A stretch of DNA of 32,000 bases from Melghirimyces algeriensis (GCF_900182565.1 NZ_FXTI01000005.1:83254-115253); one strand, 5' to 3'. Shown: positions 8,470 through 17,305, counted from the stretch's first letter. The notes: generated by a model not told the origin, from the letters alone. A program made the numbers and translations.

Positions 8470-8862
8470 TCAATAGATTAATTTAATTAGTCTCTCAGAG
8501 TATTCAGCGCCAAGCACATATGTATCGGAATGTCCGATAAATTTTACGATGATTTCATTTTTTCCATTCTTTGATAAACGCAAACCTCGATCAGTACCAT
8601 CAGTCAACACTAATTTCATATCATAATCAAATTGTTTTACTTCTTCCTTCTGCTTATTGGCATTTTTCACTAAAATTTTAAAGGCATCAATCTCTTCGTC
8701 CTTAGTAAATTTTTTATTGAAATTTTCATTCAAACCTGTTCCCTCAAACTCAGAGATATATACCTCCTTTATATTTTTTGTTTTTTCAGGCATTTTTTCT
8801 GTATTTTGACACCCTCCTAATACAATTATAAACAATAATGATAAAAAGATAAATTTTCTCAT
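8470..8862 (-). CDS. Small AT-rich lipoprotein, unknown function
   Basis: Signal peptide with lipobox LGGC (MRKFIFLSLLFIIVLGGCQ), followed by a 130-aa Lys/Glu-rich mature part. Confidence 0.6.
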   Translation of the reverse strand: MRKFIFLSLLFIIVLGGCQNTEKMPEKTKNIKEVYISEFEGTGLNENFNKKFTKDEEIDAFKILVKNANKQKEEVKQFDYDMKLVLTDGTDRGLRLSKNGKNEIIVKFIGHSDTYVLGAEYSERLIKLIY

Positions 8863-8957
8863 ATGATCATAACTCCTTTTTGTAAATATATTGAAATCAC
8901 GTATACGTTTATGTGAAAAAAGGATAAACGTTCAAGCATTATCCCTTTTCGTTAAAG

Positions 8958-9062
8958 TTGAAAGCAGTTGAAATGAGATTGGAGGGCATTACCAAACGGG
9001 AGATAGCTGAAAAATTGGGGATTCATAATGTGAACCGCTTGAAGGTCTGGCTTCACCCAAAA
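8958..9062 (+). pseudogene. Remnant of an IS3-family transposase OrfA (HTH region only)
   Basis: KAVEMRLEGITKREIAEKLGIHNVNRLKVW matches the conserved helix-turn-helix N-terminus of IS3/IS150-type OrfA proteins. The similarity stops after about 31 codons, and there is no OrfB or inverted repeats. Confidence 0.5.
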
Positions 9063-9237
9063 AGGAGACTGAAAATGAATTTGGCGGTTATCTGGTTCCC
9101 TCACCTTCTGGTAATCCCCACACCTCCTTTCACTCTAAAAACAAATCTCCATCATTCACCCACATAAGTGTTAAGCAAGATGCGCATGATTTATAAGGGA
9201 GGCAATAGTGAATTTCTCAAAAAAGTGGTGAATGTTT

Positions 9238-10107
9238 ATGGAGAATAACATCCATAAAGAGATGAAGGATTCGATGGATCAGCAATACATGCCGATGACT
9301 TCTTTGACAAGCGGGATGGGGCGGGAGGTAACGCCTGATTTATACTGTTATACGAACCAGATTGTAAATTTGTGTTTTGTGGGGCTTCCAGAGAAGACAA
9401 ATGAGTGGATTTTGGTCGATACAGGTATGCCTGAATCAGCAGGTCGTATTCTTGGTGTTGTGGAAGAACGTTTCGGTGAAAACAGTAAACCCAAAGCGAT
9501 TGTCCTTACACACGGACATTTTGACCATGTTGGAGCCGTTGTTGATTTAGTGAAAAAATGGCGGGTTCCGGTTTATGCCCATGAAGCGGAACTGCCTTTT
9601 TTAACTGGCAAGTCAAGTTATCCGGAGCCTGACGGGTCCGTTGAAGGCGGACTGGTGGCCAAGATCTCCCCACTGTTTCCAAATGAACCGGTCGATTTGG
9701 GAAACAACGTAGAGGCGCTTCCAGCTGATGGGAGTATCCCTTATATGCCCGGATGGCGCTGGATTCATACACCAGGTCATACACCCGGACACATATCGCT
9801 ATTCAGGGATGAAGACCGCTCCCTCATAGCAGGAGACGCATTTGTCACCGTTAAACAAGAATCTCTTTATAAGGTGATAACACAAGAAAAAGAAATCAAC
9901 GGTCCACCAAGGTACCTGACGACCGATTGGGATGCGGCCGAGGAGTCCGTTAAAAAATTGGAGGCGTTAAAACCGGCTGTAGCAGTAACCGGTCACGGAC
10001 ATCCGATGTCCGGTGAAGAGCTTTCCAAAGGGCTGCAAATATTGGTGAACGAATTTGATCGCATCGCCATTCCGGATTATGGACGCTATGTCAATCGCAA
10101 ACACTGA
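9238..10107 (+). CDS. MBL-fold metallo-hydrolase
   Basis: The HxHxDH motif (LTHGHFDHVG) plus downstream metal ligands (HTPGHTPGH, TGHGHP). The start is ATG 9238 or 9232, just downstream of a 7-codon leader ORF (see findings). Confidence 0.85.
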   Translation: MENNIHKEMKDSMDQQYMPMTSLTSGMGREVTPDLYCYTNQIVNLCFVGLPEKTNEWILVDTGMPESAGRILGVVEERFGENSKPKAIVLTHGHFDHVGAVVDLVKKWRVPVYAHEAELPFLTGKSSYPEPDGSVEGGLVAKISPLFPNEPVDLGNNVEALPADGSIPYMPGWRWIHTPGHTPGHISLFRDEDRSLIAGDAFVTVKQESLYKVITQEKEINGPPRYLTTDWDAAEESVKKLEALKPAVAVTGHGHPMSGEELSKGLQILVNEFDRIAIPDYGRYVNRKH

Positions 10108-10200
10108 TGTGACTCTGCCCTCCAGCAGGCCTGTGAGATCCATTTCGGACTTCAGGATTTACTGCGAGGATGAAAGGCTCAGATGATACAGCGACTTAGA

Positions 10201-10233
10201 AAGCTGATTTTTCCCACACAGGAAAAATCGCTT
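10201..10233. repeat. Hairpin repeat copy B (AAGCTGATTTTTCC-loop-GGAAAAATCGCTT), sited between two convergent genes
   Basis: Same stem sequence as 1518-1550, allowing one bulge and one substitution. Shared flanks: ...GAC-TTA-AAAGCTG on the 5' side and TTCATTTG on the 3' side. Confidence 0.6.
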
Positions 10234-10307
10234 GGTTTACTTCATTTGTTATTCCATGAAACCCGACTTTTCAATGCAATGCACCCATTTTTCCTGTTGA
10301 TAAACCG

Positions 10308-10757
10308 TTAATAATATAATTTTCCCGTCACCTTTGCCTTCTTTCCTCCTTTGAGAAAATAGATCATCACATGATATTTCCCGGTCCCCAATTGGGACAG
10401 CGGGATGGATGCTTTCCTTCGCTTTTCCACCTGGATCTGACGCCGTTTTACTGGATGGTATTGGGGGTCGAACACTTCAACCATCAATTTTCCCAAATCA
10501 TCATCAGGATCAATCAACAATTCAAGGCGGTTATCCCGATCTCCATCAAAATAAAATGCCTTCCCGGACCGCAATGCCTCACTTTTCCCTTCCATATGCC
10601 AGATATTGGCCGCAAATTCCCAACAACGTTGATCCCCAGGACAGGGGTTCTCCGAATCAATATACAGGCTTAAAGCATGTAAAGGAGTAAGCAGGATACC
10701 AGAAAAGAGAAGAAGTGTCTGCATCCATTGAATCATCGCTATCAAATCCTTTTTCAT
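10308..10757 (-). CDS. Secreted or membrane-anchored hypothetical protein
   Basis: 149-aa ORF with a hydrophobic N-terminal segment (TLLLFSGILLTPLHALS). No recognisable catalytic motif. Confidence 0.55.
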   Translation of the reverse strand: MKKDLIAMIQWMQTLLLFSGILLTPLHALSLYIDSENPCPGDQRCWEFAANIWHMEGKSEALRSGKAFYFDGDRDNRLELLIDPDDDLGKLMVEVFDPQYHPVKRRQIQVEKRRKASIPLSQLGTGKYHVMIYFLKGGKKAKVTGKLYY

Positions 10758-10835
10758 CGGACATTCCGGTTTGATTTTTCTTCAGTTTTCCCTCCCACTT
10801 CCCCTTTCATGAGGAAACATCCTCATTTACTTGAT

Positions 10836-10863
10836 ATAAAAAAGCTGCCGAATGATCGGCAGC
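10836..10863 (-). terminator. Rho-independent terminator of prfB
   Basis: GCTGCCG (10844-10850) pairs with CGGCAGC (10857-10863), followed by a T-run on the minus strand (plus-strand A-run 10837-10843). Confidence 0.8.
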
Positions 10864-10870
10864 CTTGATC

Positions 10871-11984
10871 TTACTGCTCTCCCACATTTATCTGTAGGCG
10901 AAGGTATGCTTCGATAAAAGCATCCAATTCACCATCCACCACGGATTGAACATTGCCCACTTCCACATTGGTCCGGTGGTCTTTTACCATACTGTAGGGG
11001 TGAAACACATAGGAACGAATTTGGCTTCCCCAACCGATTTCCGATTGTTCCCCTTGAATCTGGGCCAGTTCTTTCTTTTTCTCTTCCATCTGCCGTTCGA
11101 TGAGACGAGCTTTTAAGATCTTCATGGCACGTTCCCGGTTTTTAATCTGGGATCGTTCCGATTGACAGGTTACCACGATATTGGTCGGAAGGTGGGTGAT
11201 TCGAACCGCAGAGTCCGTTGTGTTCACATGTTGCCCTCCGGCACCGCTGGAGCGGTAGGTGTCAATCTTTAAGTCCTCCGTCCGGATTTCAATGCTTACA
11301 TCATCTTCAATCTCCGGCATCACATTGGCGGAAACAAAGGATGTGTGTCGACGGCCGGAGGCATCAAAAGGAGAGATTCGCACTAATCGGTGAACCCCTT
11401 TTTCCGCTTTCAGGTAACCATAGGCATTATGTCCTTTGATCAAAAGCGTAACGCTTTTCACCCCTGCTTCATCTCCCGGCAGATAATCCAGGGTCTCCAC
11501 TTTATAACCCCGCCGTTCCGCCCACCGGGTATACATTCGAAGCAGGATCTGCGCCCAGTCCTGGGATTCCGTTCCACCCGCACCCGGATGAAGTTCCAGA
11601 ATGGCATTGTTTTTGTCGTAGGGCTCATTCAAAAGCAGCGCCAACTCAAAGGTATCCAGCTTCTGCCTCAGCTCTTTCAGCCCATCAACCGCTTCAGGAA
11701 GCATGGACTCATCATTTTCCTCGGCAATCAAGTCGACGATCACCTGAATATCTTCCTGGGCTTCCTCCAATTCTTTCAAGCCCTCTACCAACCCTTTGAG
11801 GCGATTATTTTCATCGATCACCTTCTGGGCATTTTCCTGGTCATTCCAAAAATCAGGATCGGTCATTTGCTGTTCCAATTCCTGAATGCGTTTCTCCTTT
11901 TGAGGGAGGTCAAAGAGACCCCCTGATATCCGCCAAACGATTGGCTGTTTTGTCCAGTTCCTGACGAATTTCACTCAACTGCAT
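10871..11984 (-). CDS. prfB: Peptide chain release factor 2, expressed through a programmed +1 ribosomal frameshift
   Basis: SPF tripeptide (ISPFD) and GGQ motif (SGAGGQHVN). Frame 0 runs from ATG 11984 ([24 protein letters not shown]) to an in-frame TGA at 11912..11910. The site CTT TGA C, with AGGGGG 3 nt upstream, shifts into the 10871..11911 frame. Confidence 0.95.
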
Positions 11985-12065
11985 CTTCCACTTCTCCTTC
12001 ACTGAATATTAAGCTCCACCAGACAGGATATCACAGTTCAGCGCATCCGTGCATCACGGATTCTC

Positions 12066-14606
12066 TCACCCTGTCCGGGCTGATTGAGCACAACAATGCT
12101 TGTATTTTTTGCCGCTTCCACAAGGACACGGTTCATTGCGACCCACTTTTTCCGCTTTTCGTACAGGCTTTCGTTTTTCTTCCTGTTCGGAATGTGGGGA
12201 CCCGCCGGAAGAAGCGGTTTGATTGGTGGCCACTTCTTCCCGTTCAATCTCTTCTTCCTCATCCAGCTCTGACTTCATCACTAAGCGAACGACTTCTTCC
12301 TGAATCTCATGAACCATCTCGTGGAACATTTCAAACCCTTCAAATTGATACTCCCGCAAAGGATCTGTCTGACCGTAAGCACGCAGATGAATACCCTGGC
12401 GCAATTGATCCATGGCATCGATATGATCCATCCATTTTCGATCCACTGTGCGCAGAATCACGACTTTGGAGAATTCATCCAACCGCTCGGTTCCAATTTC
12501 TTTTTCCCGTGCTTCCAGATGCTCTTTCAATTTGCTGTAAAGAAGATCCACAATCTGTTCCCGGTCCAGACCTTTCAAGTCCTCTTCGCTGATTTCCCCT
12601 TCTTTGGCAAAAGAGGCCTGAGCCAACTCCACCACAGGCTCCAGGATCCAGTCTTCCGGCACCTCTTCTTCCGGGGTATGAGCTTCCACTACCCGTTCAA
12701 TCATCTGTTTCCCCATATCCAAGACAAGGTCCCTGAGGTTTTCTCCGTTCAGCACCTGTAACCGTTGCTTATAGATAATCTCCCGTTGTTGGTTGAGAAC
12801 ATCATCGTACTGTAATACCCAGCGACGGGCATCAAAATTGTTCCCTTCCACCCGTTTTTGCGCATTGGCCACAGAATAGGTAAACATCCGTCCTTCGATG
12901 GGCGTATCTTCATCAAATCCCATGCTTTCCAAGCGGTTTTGAATCTGTTCTGGAACAAAGCGGCGCATCAATTCGTCCTCAAAAGAAAGATAAAACTGTG
13001 AAGAACCAGGATCTCCCTGACGACCCGACCGTCCCCGAAGCTGGTTATCAATTCGACGGCTCTCATGCCGCTCCGTACCGATGACATGAAGCCCTCCCAA
13101 TTCAGCCACTCCGTCTTCAAGAACAATGTCCGTTCCGCGACCTGCCATATTGGTGGCAATGGTCACTGCTCCGCGTTTTCCAGCTTGGGCGATAATCTCC
13201 GCTTCACGGGCATGGTTTTTGGCATTAAGCACTTGGTGTGGAATTCCACGTTTTTTCAGAAGGCGGGATAGTTTTTCTGACATCTCAATGGAAACTGTTC
13301 CAACCAGAATCGGTTGACCGGTAGCATGACGCTTCGCAATTTCCTCCACAACCGCTTGCAATTTGGCTTTTTCCGTTTTATACAGTACATCGGAGAGATC
13401 TTTGCGAATCATTGGTTTATGGGTGGGAATCTGAACCACACCCATCCCATAAATCTTCCGAAATTCTTCTTCCTCTGTTTTGGCGGTTCCGGTCATACCC
13501 GCCAGCTTATCATACATGCGAAAATAATTTTGCAATGTAATCGTGGCTAATGTCATGCTCTCCCGCTGTACTTGAAGCCCTTCTTTCGCTTCAATTGCCT
13601 GGTGCAATCCATCACTGTATCTCCGCCCATGCATCAGTCGGCCGGTAAAATCATCAACGATGACCACACCGTCTTCATTTACCACATAATCCTCATCCCG
13701 TTTCATAATGACATGTGCTTTCAAGGCTTGTTGGATATGGTGGTTGATGGAGATATTTTTGGCATCATAAAGGTTGTCAATTCCCATAAAGGACTCGACC
13801 CGATCCACGCCTTCTTCCGTCAGCGTAACACTTTTCGTTTTGATATCCACCGTATAATGCTCTTCCGGTTTCAGCCTGCGGATCGCTTTATCCGCCGCAT
13901 AGTAAAGGTCTGTTGCCTTGTTCGCCTGTCCGCTGATAATCAGAGGCGTTCGGGCTTCGTCGATCAAAATGCTGTCTACTTCATCAATCAAGGCATAGTT
14001 CAGCTTTCGCTGAACAACCTGTTCCGGATAGAGAACCATGTTGTCACGCAGATAATCAAACCCAAACTCATTATTGGTTCCAAAGGTGATGTCCGCCTGA
14101 TAAGCCTCCCGTTTCTCTTCCGGGTCCATGCCTGGCAGATTGAGTCCGACCGTTAGACCGAGAAATTCAAAAACCTGCCCCATCCATTCCCGGTCGCGTC
14201 GTGCCAGATAATCGTTCACAGTCACAATATGGACACCTTTGCCGGACAAGGCGTTCAGATAAGCCGGAAGGGTGGACACCAGGGTTTTCCCTTCCCCGGT
14301 CTTCATCTCCGCGATATCTCCCTGATGCAGAACAATCCCGCCCACTAACTGTACATAGAAGTGGCGCATCTTCAAAACCCGTTTGGCCGCTTCTCGAACA
14401 ACCGCAAACGCTTCCGGAAGCAGATCATCCAGTTCTTCCCCTTCCGCCAGACGCCGACGAAATTCCTCTGTTTTTCCTGTCAACTCTTGATCGGAAAGCG
14501 CGGAGATTTCCGACTCAAGCGACTCAATGTGATCCGCGATTTTGTAACACTTCTTCAATTCCCGCTCATTTGAATCAGGCAATATCTTTTTCAAAAGCTT
14601 TAACAT
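12066..14606 (-). CDS. secA: Preprotein translocase ATPase SecA
   Basis: 846 aa with Walker [28 protein letters not shown] and the C-terminal zinc motif [13 protein letters not shown]. Confidence 0.97.
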   Translation of the reverse strand: MLKLLKKILPDSNERELKKCYKIADHIESLESEISALSDQELTGKTEEFRRRLAEGEELDDLLPEAFAVVREAAKRVLKMRHFYVQLVGGIVLHQGDIAEMKTGEGKTLVSTLPAYLNALSGKGVHIVTVNDYLARRDREWMGQVFEFLGLTVGLNLPGMDPEEKREAYQADITFGTNNEFGFDYLRDNMVLYPEQVVQRKLNYALIDEVDSILIDEARTPLIISGQANKATDLYYAADKAIRRLKPEEHYTVDIKTKSVTLTEEGVDRVESFMGIDNLYDAKNISINHHIQQALKAHVIMKRDEDYVVNEDGVVIVDDFTGRLMHGRRYSDGLHQAIEAKEGLQVQRESMTLATITLQNYFRMYDKLAGMTGTAKTEEEEFRKIYGMGVVQIPTHKPMIRKDLSDVLYKTEKAKLQAVVEEIAKRHATGQPILVGTVSIEMSEKLSRLLKKRGIPHQVLNAKNHAREAEIIAQAGKRGAVTIATNMAGRGTDIVLEDGVAELGGLHVIGTERHESRRIDNQLRGRSGRQGDPGSSQFYLSFEDELMRRFVPEQIQNRLESMGFDEDTPIEGRMFTYSVANAQKRVEGNNFDARRWVLQYDDVLNQQREIIYKQRLQVLNGENLRDLVLDMGKQMIERVVEAHTPEEEVPEDWILEPVVELAQASFAKEGEISEEDLKGLDREQIVDLLYSKLKEHLEAREKEIGTERLDEFSKVVILRTVDRKWMDHIDAMDQLRQGIHLRAYGQTDPLREYQFEGFEMFHEMVHEIQEEVVRLVMKSELDEEEEIEREEVATNQTASSGGSPHSEQEEKRKPVRKAEKVGRNEPCPCGSGKKYKHCCAQSARTG

Positions 14607-14819
14607 CAGCTTTCATCCCTTTCTCACACTGCACATGGTCAAGCTCATCTTATATAAACAGACAGATTCAACGCAAAGTTCCATGAAAAGGTACTATTTA
14701 TTAGTTTAACAAAAAATCCCCCTCTTTTTCACGCTTTCACAGAAGCTTTACAGCCAATTACTCAAACAACATTTCAACGTTGAAAGAATAGGAACCTGCA
14801 AGGTAACTTCATTCTTCCA

Positions 14820-14844
14820 TAAAAAAGGCAGCCTTATGGCTGCC
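14820..14844 (-). terminator. Terminator of hpf
   Basis: GGCAGCC (14827-14833) pairs with GGCTGCC (14838-14844), followed by a T-run on the minus strand. Confidence 0.8.
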
Positions 14845-14875
14845 TGAGATCTGAGCAAATAAGTGATGATCCGCT

Positions 14876-15433
14876 TTACTCCGGTTCGATCAATCCATAG
14901 CGGCCATCTTTTCTTTTGTAAACCACATTGACCTGATCTGTGGCGGCATTTGAAAAGACGTAAAAGTTATGTCCCAGTAAATCCATTTGCAGAATGGCCT
15001 CGTCCATGTCCATCGGTTTAAAGTCAAAGCGCTTGGTACGAACCACTTCAAATTCACTTTCATCCTCTGTCTGTTCCTCTTCTAACAAATCGCGGGACTT
15101 CCCATTTTCCATATTGCGGATCGTCCCGTCCTGGCGAAATTTACGGTTTACCTTTGTCTTATACTTTCTGATTTGGCGCTCAAGCTTTTCCACGACCCGG
15201 TCGATGGAAGCATACATATCTCCTGTCGCTTCTTCAGCACGGATCAGCAATTCGGGGAAGGGAACCGTCACCTCCACTTTGTGTTCATCACGGAACACAC
15301 TGAGAGATACATGGGCAGGTGTTACAGGTGATGTGGCTTCAAAATACTTCTCCAGACGGCTGAGTTTCTTAACCACATAGTCCCGGAGTGCCTCAGTCAC
15401 ATCGATGTTGTTCCCTCGAATATTGTACTTCAT
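14876..15433 (-). CDS. hpf: Ribosome hibernation promoting factor, long form
   Basis: 185 aa. The N-terminal domain (MKYNIRGNNIDVTEAL) is RaiA/HPF-type, and the C-terminal dimerisation domain carries FYVFSNAATDQVNVVYKRKDGRYGLIEP. Confidence 0.92.
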   Translation of the reverse strand: MKYNIRGNNIDVTEALRDYVVKKLSRLEKYFEATSPVTPAHVSLSVFRDEHKVEVTVPFPELLIRAEEATGDMYASIDRVVEKLERQIRKYKTKVNRKFRQDGTIRNMENGKSRDLLEEEQTEDESEFEVVRTKRFDFKPMDMDEAILQMDLLGHNFYVFSNAATDQVNVVYKRKDGRYGLIEPE

Positions 15434-15560
15434 TGAGCAAATCCCCCTTTGCGCCTTCTAATGTATGTATTCCCGTTTCGTTTGAATAATTCCTTCTCTT
15501 TTTTGTCTATTCTTTTAAAGAAAATCATTCCATATAAACTGCTGTAAACTTCAATCAAAA

Positions 15561-15594
15561 ATTAAAAACCCTTCCGGACTGATGTCCGAAAGGG
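15561..15594 (-). terminator. Terminator of the cold-shock gene
   Basis: CCCTTCCGGAC (15569-15579) pairs with GTCCGAAAGGG (15584-15594), followed by a T-run on the minus strand. Confidence 0.8.
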
Positions 15595-15615
15595 GGCGAT
15601 TTCATTGTTATAGAG

Positions 15616-15816
15616 TCAGACCTGTTTGATTACGTTCGCAGCCTGCGGTCCACGCGGCCCTTCCACGATTTCAAACTCGACGGCTTGACCTTCGTCCAAT
15701 GATTTAAATCCTTCTTCCTGAATTGCGGAGTAATGAACGAATACGTCGTCCCCGCCTTCACGCTCAATGAAACCGTAACCTTTTTCCGCATTGAACCACT
15801 TGACTTTGCCTTGCAT
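15616..15816 (-). CDS. CspA-family cold-shock protein
   Basis: [17 protein letters not shown] and VFVHYSAI are the RNP1 and RNP2 motifs. 66 aa from ATG 15816. The track ORF extends spuriously to 15921. Confidence 0.93.
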   Translation of the reverse strand: MQGKVKWFNAEKGYGFIEREGGDDVFVHYSAIQEEGFKSLDEGQAVEFEIVEGPRGPQAANVIKQV

Positions 15817-15878
15817 AATAACAATCCCTTCATAAATTGATCCACATGAAATACCAGAAGGGTGTTCCATGTAGATCC

Positions 15879-15908
15879 ATATTAGCACTGCTCCATACAA
15901 AAAGTCAA
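15879..15908 (-). promoter_or_regulatory. Putative sigma-A promoter of the cold-shock gene
   Basis: Minus strand: TTGACT (15908..15903), an 18-nt spacer, then TAATAT (15884..15879). Confidence 0.35.
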
Positions 15909-16009
15909 GCGAAATCCGCAAGTAAATAAAACAAAAGCTTTATGCTGAAAAATGTCTATTTATGCTATTGAATAATACTTTCACACTAATAAAATATACA
16001 ACCAAATAC

Positions 16010-16039
16010 TTATCCACAGAGTTATCCACATTATCCACA
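16010..16039 (+). promoter_or_regulatory. Cluster of three perfect DnaA boxes (TTATCCACA) in direct orientation
   Basis: Exact 9-mers at 16010-16018, 16022-16030 and 16031-16039. They lie between the hup terminator and the csp promoter. Confidence 0.75.
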
Positions 16040-16085
16040 AGCTATTCTATAATTAAGCAATTTCACATTCATTTGTGATTTCAGG

Positions 16086-16113
16086 GAACAAAAAAAGGGG
16101 ACGTTTCCCCTTT
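16086..16113 (-). terminator. Terminator of the HU gene
   Basis: AAAGGGGA (16094-16101) pairs with TCCCCTTT (16106-16113), followed by TTTTTTGTT on the minus strand. Confidence 0.8.
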
Positions 16114-16138
16114 GTATCACTTTACAGATTGGCTGAAG

Positions 16139-16411
16139 TTATTTAACCGATTCTTTCAGTTGTTTTCCCGGTTTAAAAGCCGGGGTCTTACTGGCTTCAA
16201 TCTGGATGGGTTCCCCCGTCTGTGGATTGCGTCCAGTTCGGGCAGCCCGTTCCCGTACTTCAAAATGACCAAAACCAATCAGAGAGACCTTTTCCCCTTT
16301 TTGCAGGGATTCGGAAATCGTTTCCAAAACAGCATCGACGACTTGACCTGATTCCTTTTTGGTCTTACCTGTTGATTCCGCCACTCGTTCAATCAACTGA
16401 GCTTTATTCAC
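16139..16411 (-). CDS. hup: HU-type DNA-binding protein
   Basis: 90 aa. [12 protein letters not shown]...[26 protein letters not shown] is a typical HU/IHF fold signature. Confidence 0.93.
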   Translation of the reverse strand: MNKAQLIERVAESTGKTKKESGQVVDAVLETISESLQKGEKVSLIGFGHFEVRERAARTGRNPQTGEPIQIEASKTPAFKPGKQLKESVK

Positions 16412-16600
16412 GGTGAAGACACTTCCTTTCTATTACTTGAAGCTGGATATAAAGTAGATCTCTATTTCTCTTTGTTTCCCATATATTGGGGTTTTATACC
16501 CTGTTTTCAATATAAAATCTAGTAAATCAATATGGGAATAAAATCTTCCTGCAAAGCAAAGACCGCTAGAAATGGGGTGGAATAACGTTTCTATTTCTTG

Positions 16601-17305
16601 TTACCGGGCAAACGTGAGAGAAAAGACTTGTTTGGCTCCCGCCTCTTTTAGCATCCGGGCACACTCCAACAATGTTGTACCCGTTGTGTAGACATCATCC
16701 ACCACCAGCCAACTATCTGTAAGCTTGATCCGATAGGCATTTTTTACCTGAAACGATCCCTGAAGAGCAGCGATTCTTTCCCGTCGGCTACTTTGGCTTT
16801 GCGGTGGAGTTGGAAATATTTTGTCCAATGTCGAAACCAGAGGGCGGTGCAACTGTTGGGCTACTTGATGGGCCAACCGTTCCGATTGGTTAAATCCTCT
16901 CTCCTTCCATTTTTCAGGATGAAGGGGGACATACGTCACCCCATTCACTCGAATCCCCGTTTCATAAAAACGCTCTGCCATCATCTCGGCCAGAGGAACA
17001 GCCAGTCGCTCCCGCCCCCGGTACTTCAAAAGGCGGATCAGCTGTTTGGGATAGAAAGTATAACGAAGAACAGCCACATTGCATTGAAGAATCCCCTCTG
17101 GATGTTGACGACAATCTCCACAAAGCTGTACCCTTCCCATCTGACGTCCACAAAGAGGACAACATGGGCCCGAAATGGGAGAGAGTCGTAAACAGCAGGA
17201 TGGACAAATCCGCTCCCAAACGCCTGCCCATGAAACGTTCCGATGGGGGTGATCACACAGACAACAGAACTCTTTTGCCTGAAAAAGAACTTCCCACCAC
17301 TTCAT
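16601..17305 (-). CDS. comFC: ComF operon protein C (phosphoribosyltransferase-domain competence protein)
   Basis: N-terminal Cys-rich zinc-ribbon region (CCLCDH...CPSCC...CPLCGR...CGDC) and PRTase motif VVDDVYTTGTT. Start at ATG 17305, preceded by GGGGGTGA and 5 nt after the comFA stop. The 326-aa track ORF is an out-of-frame read into comFA. Confidence 0.85.
   Translation of the reverse strand: MKWWEVLFQAKEFCCLCDHPHRNVSWAGVWERICPSCCLRLSPISGPCCPLCGRQMGRVQLCGDCRQHPEGILQCNVAVLRYTFYPKQLIRLLKYRGRERLAVPLAEMMAERFYETGIRVNGVTYVPLHPEKWKERGFNQSERLAHQVAQQLHRPLVSTLDKIFPTPPQSQSSRRERIAALQGSFQVKNAYRIKLTDSWLVVDDVYTTGTTLLECARMLKEAGAKQVFSLTFAR

Noticed and set aside
7631-9124. The 10-mer TCCCCACACC at 7631-7640 and 9115-9124, flanking the AT-rich islet like a target-site duplication
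   Set aside because: A single shared 10-mer somewhere in 32 kb is expected by chance many times over. The copies are about 100-200 nt away from the actual compositional boundaries, and no inverted repeats accompany them.
11390-11926. Long antisense ORFs inside conserved genes: 11390-11926 in prfB, 13572-14156 in secA, 20194-20796 in metK, 22752-23231 in the S8 protease
   Set aside because: Each lies fully inside, and opposite to, a gene with unmistakable conserved motifs. None has an RBS, and the sequences are low-complexity. Such shadow ORFs are typical of codon-biased genes.
14594-14632. Short upstream ATG (agggATGaaagctgATG) overlapping the secA start
   Set aside because: The upstream ATG sits inside the secA Shine-Dalgarno region and gives a 13-codon out-of-frame peptide with no RBS of its own. 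It is most likely fortuitous.
15817-15921. N-terminal extension of the cold-shock ORF to 101 aa
   Set aside because: Csp proteins are about 66 aa and start MxGKVKWF. The extension overlaps the predicted promoter and 5' UTR and has no RBS.
15434-16600. Search for a raiA-motif RNA or other structured RNA in the spacers around hpf, csp, hup and comFC
   Set aside because: Apart from the terminators, the spacers are AT-rich and lack extended complementary segments. Nothing supports a structured RNA there.
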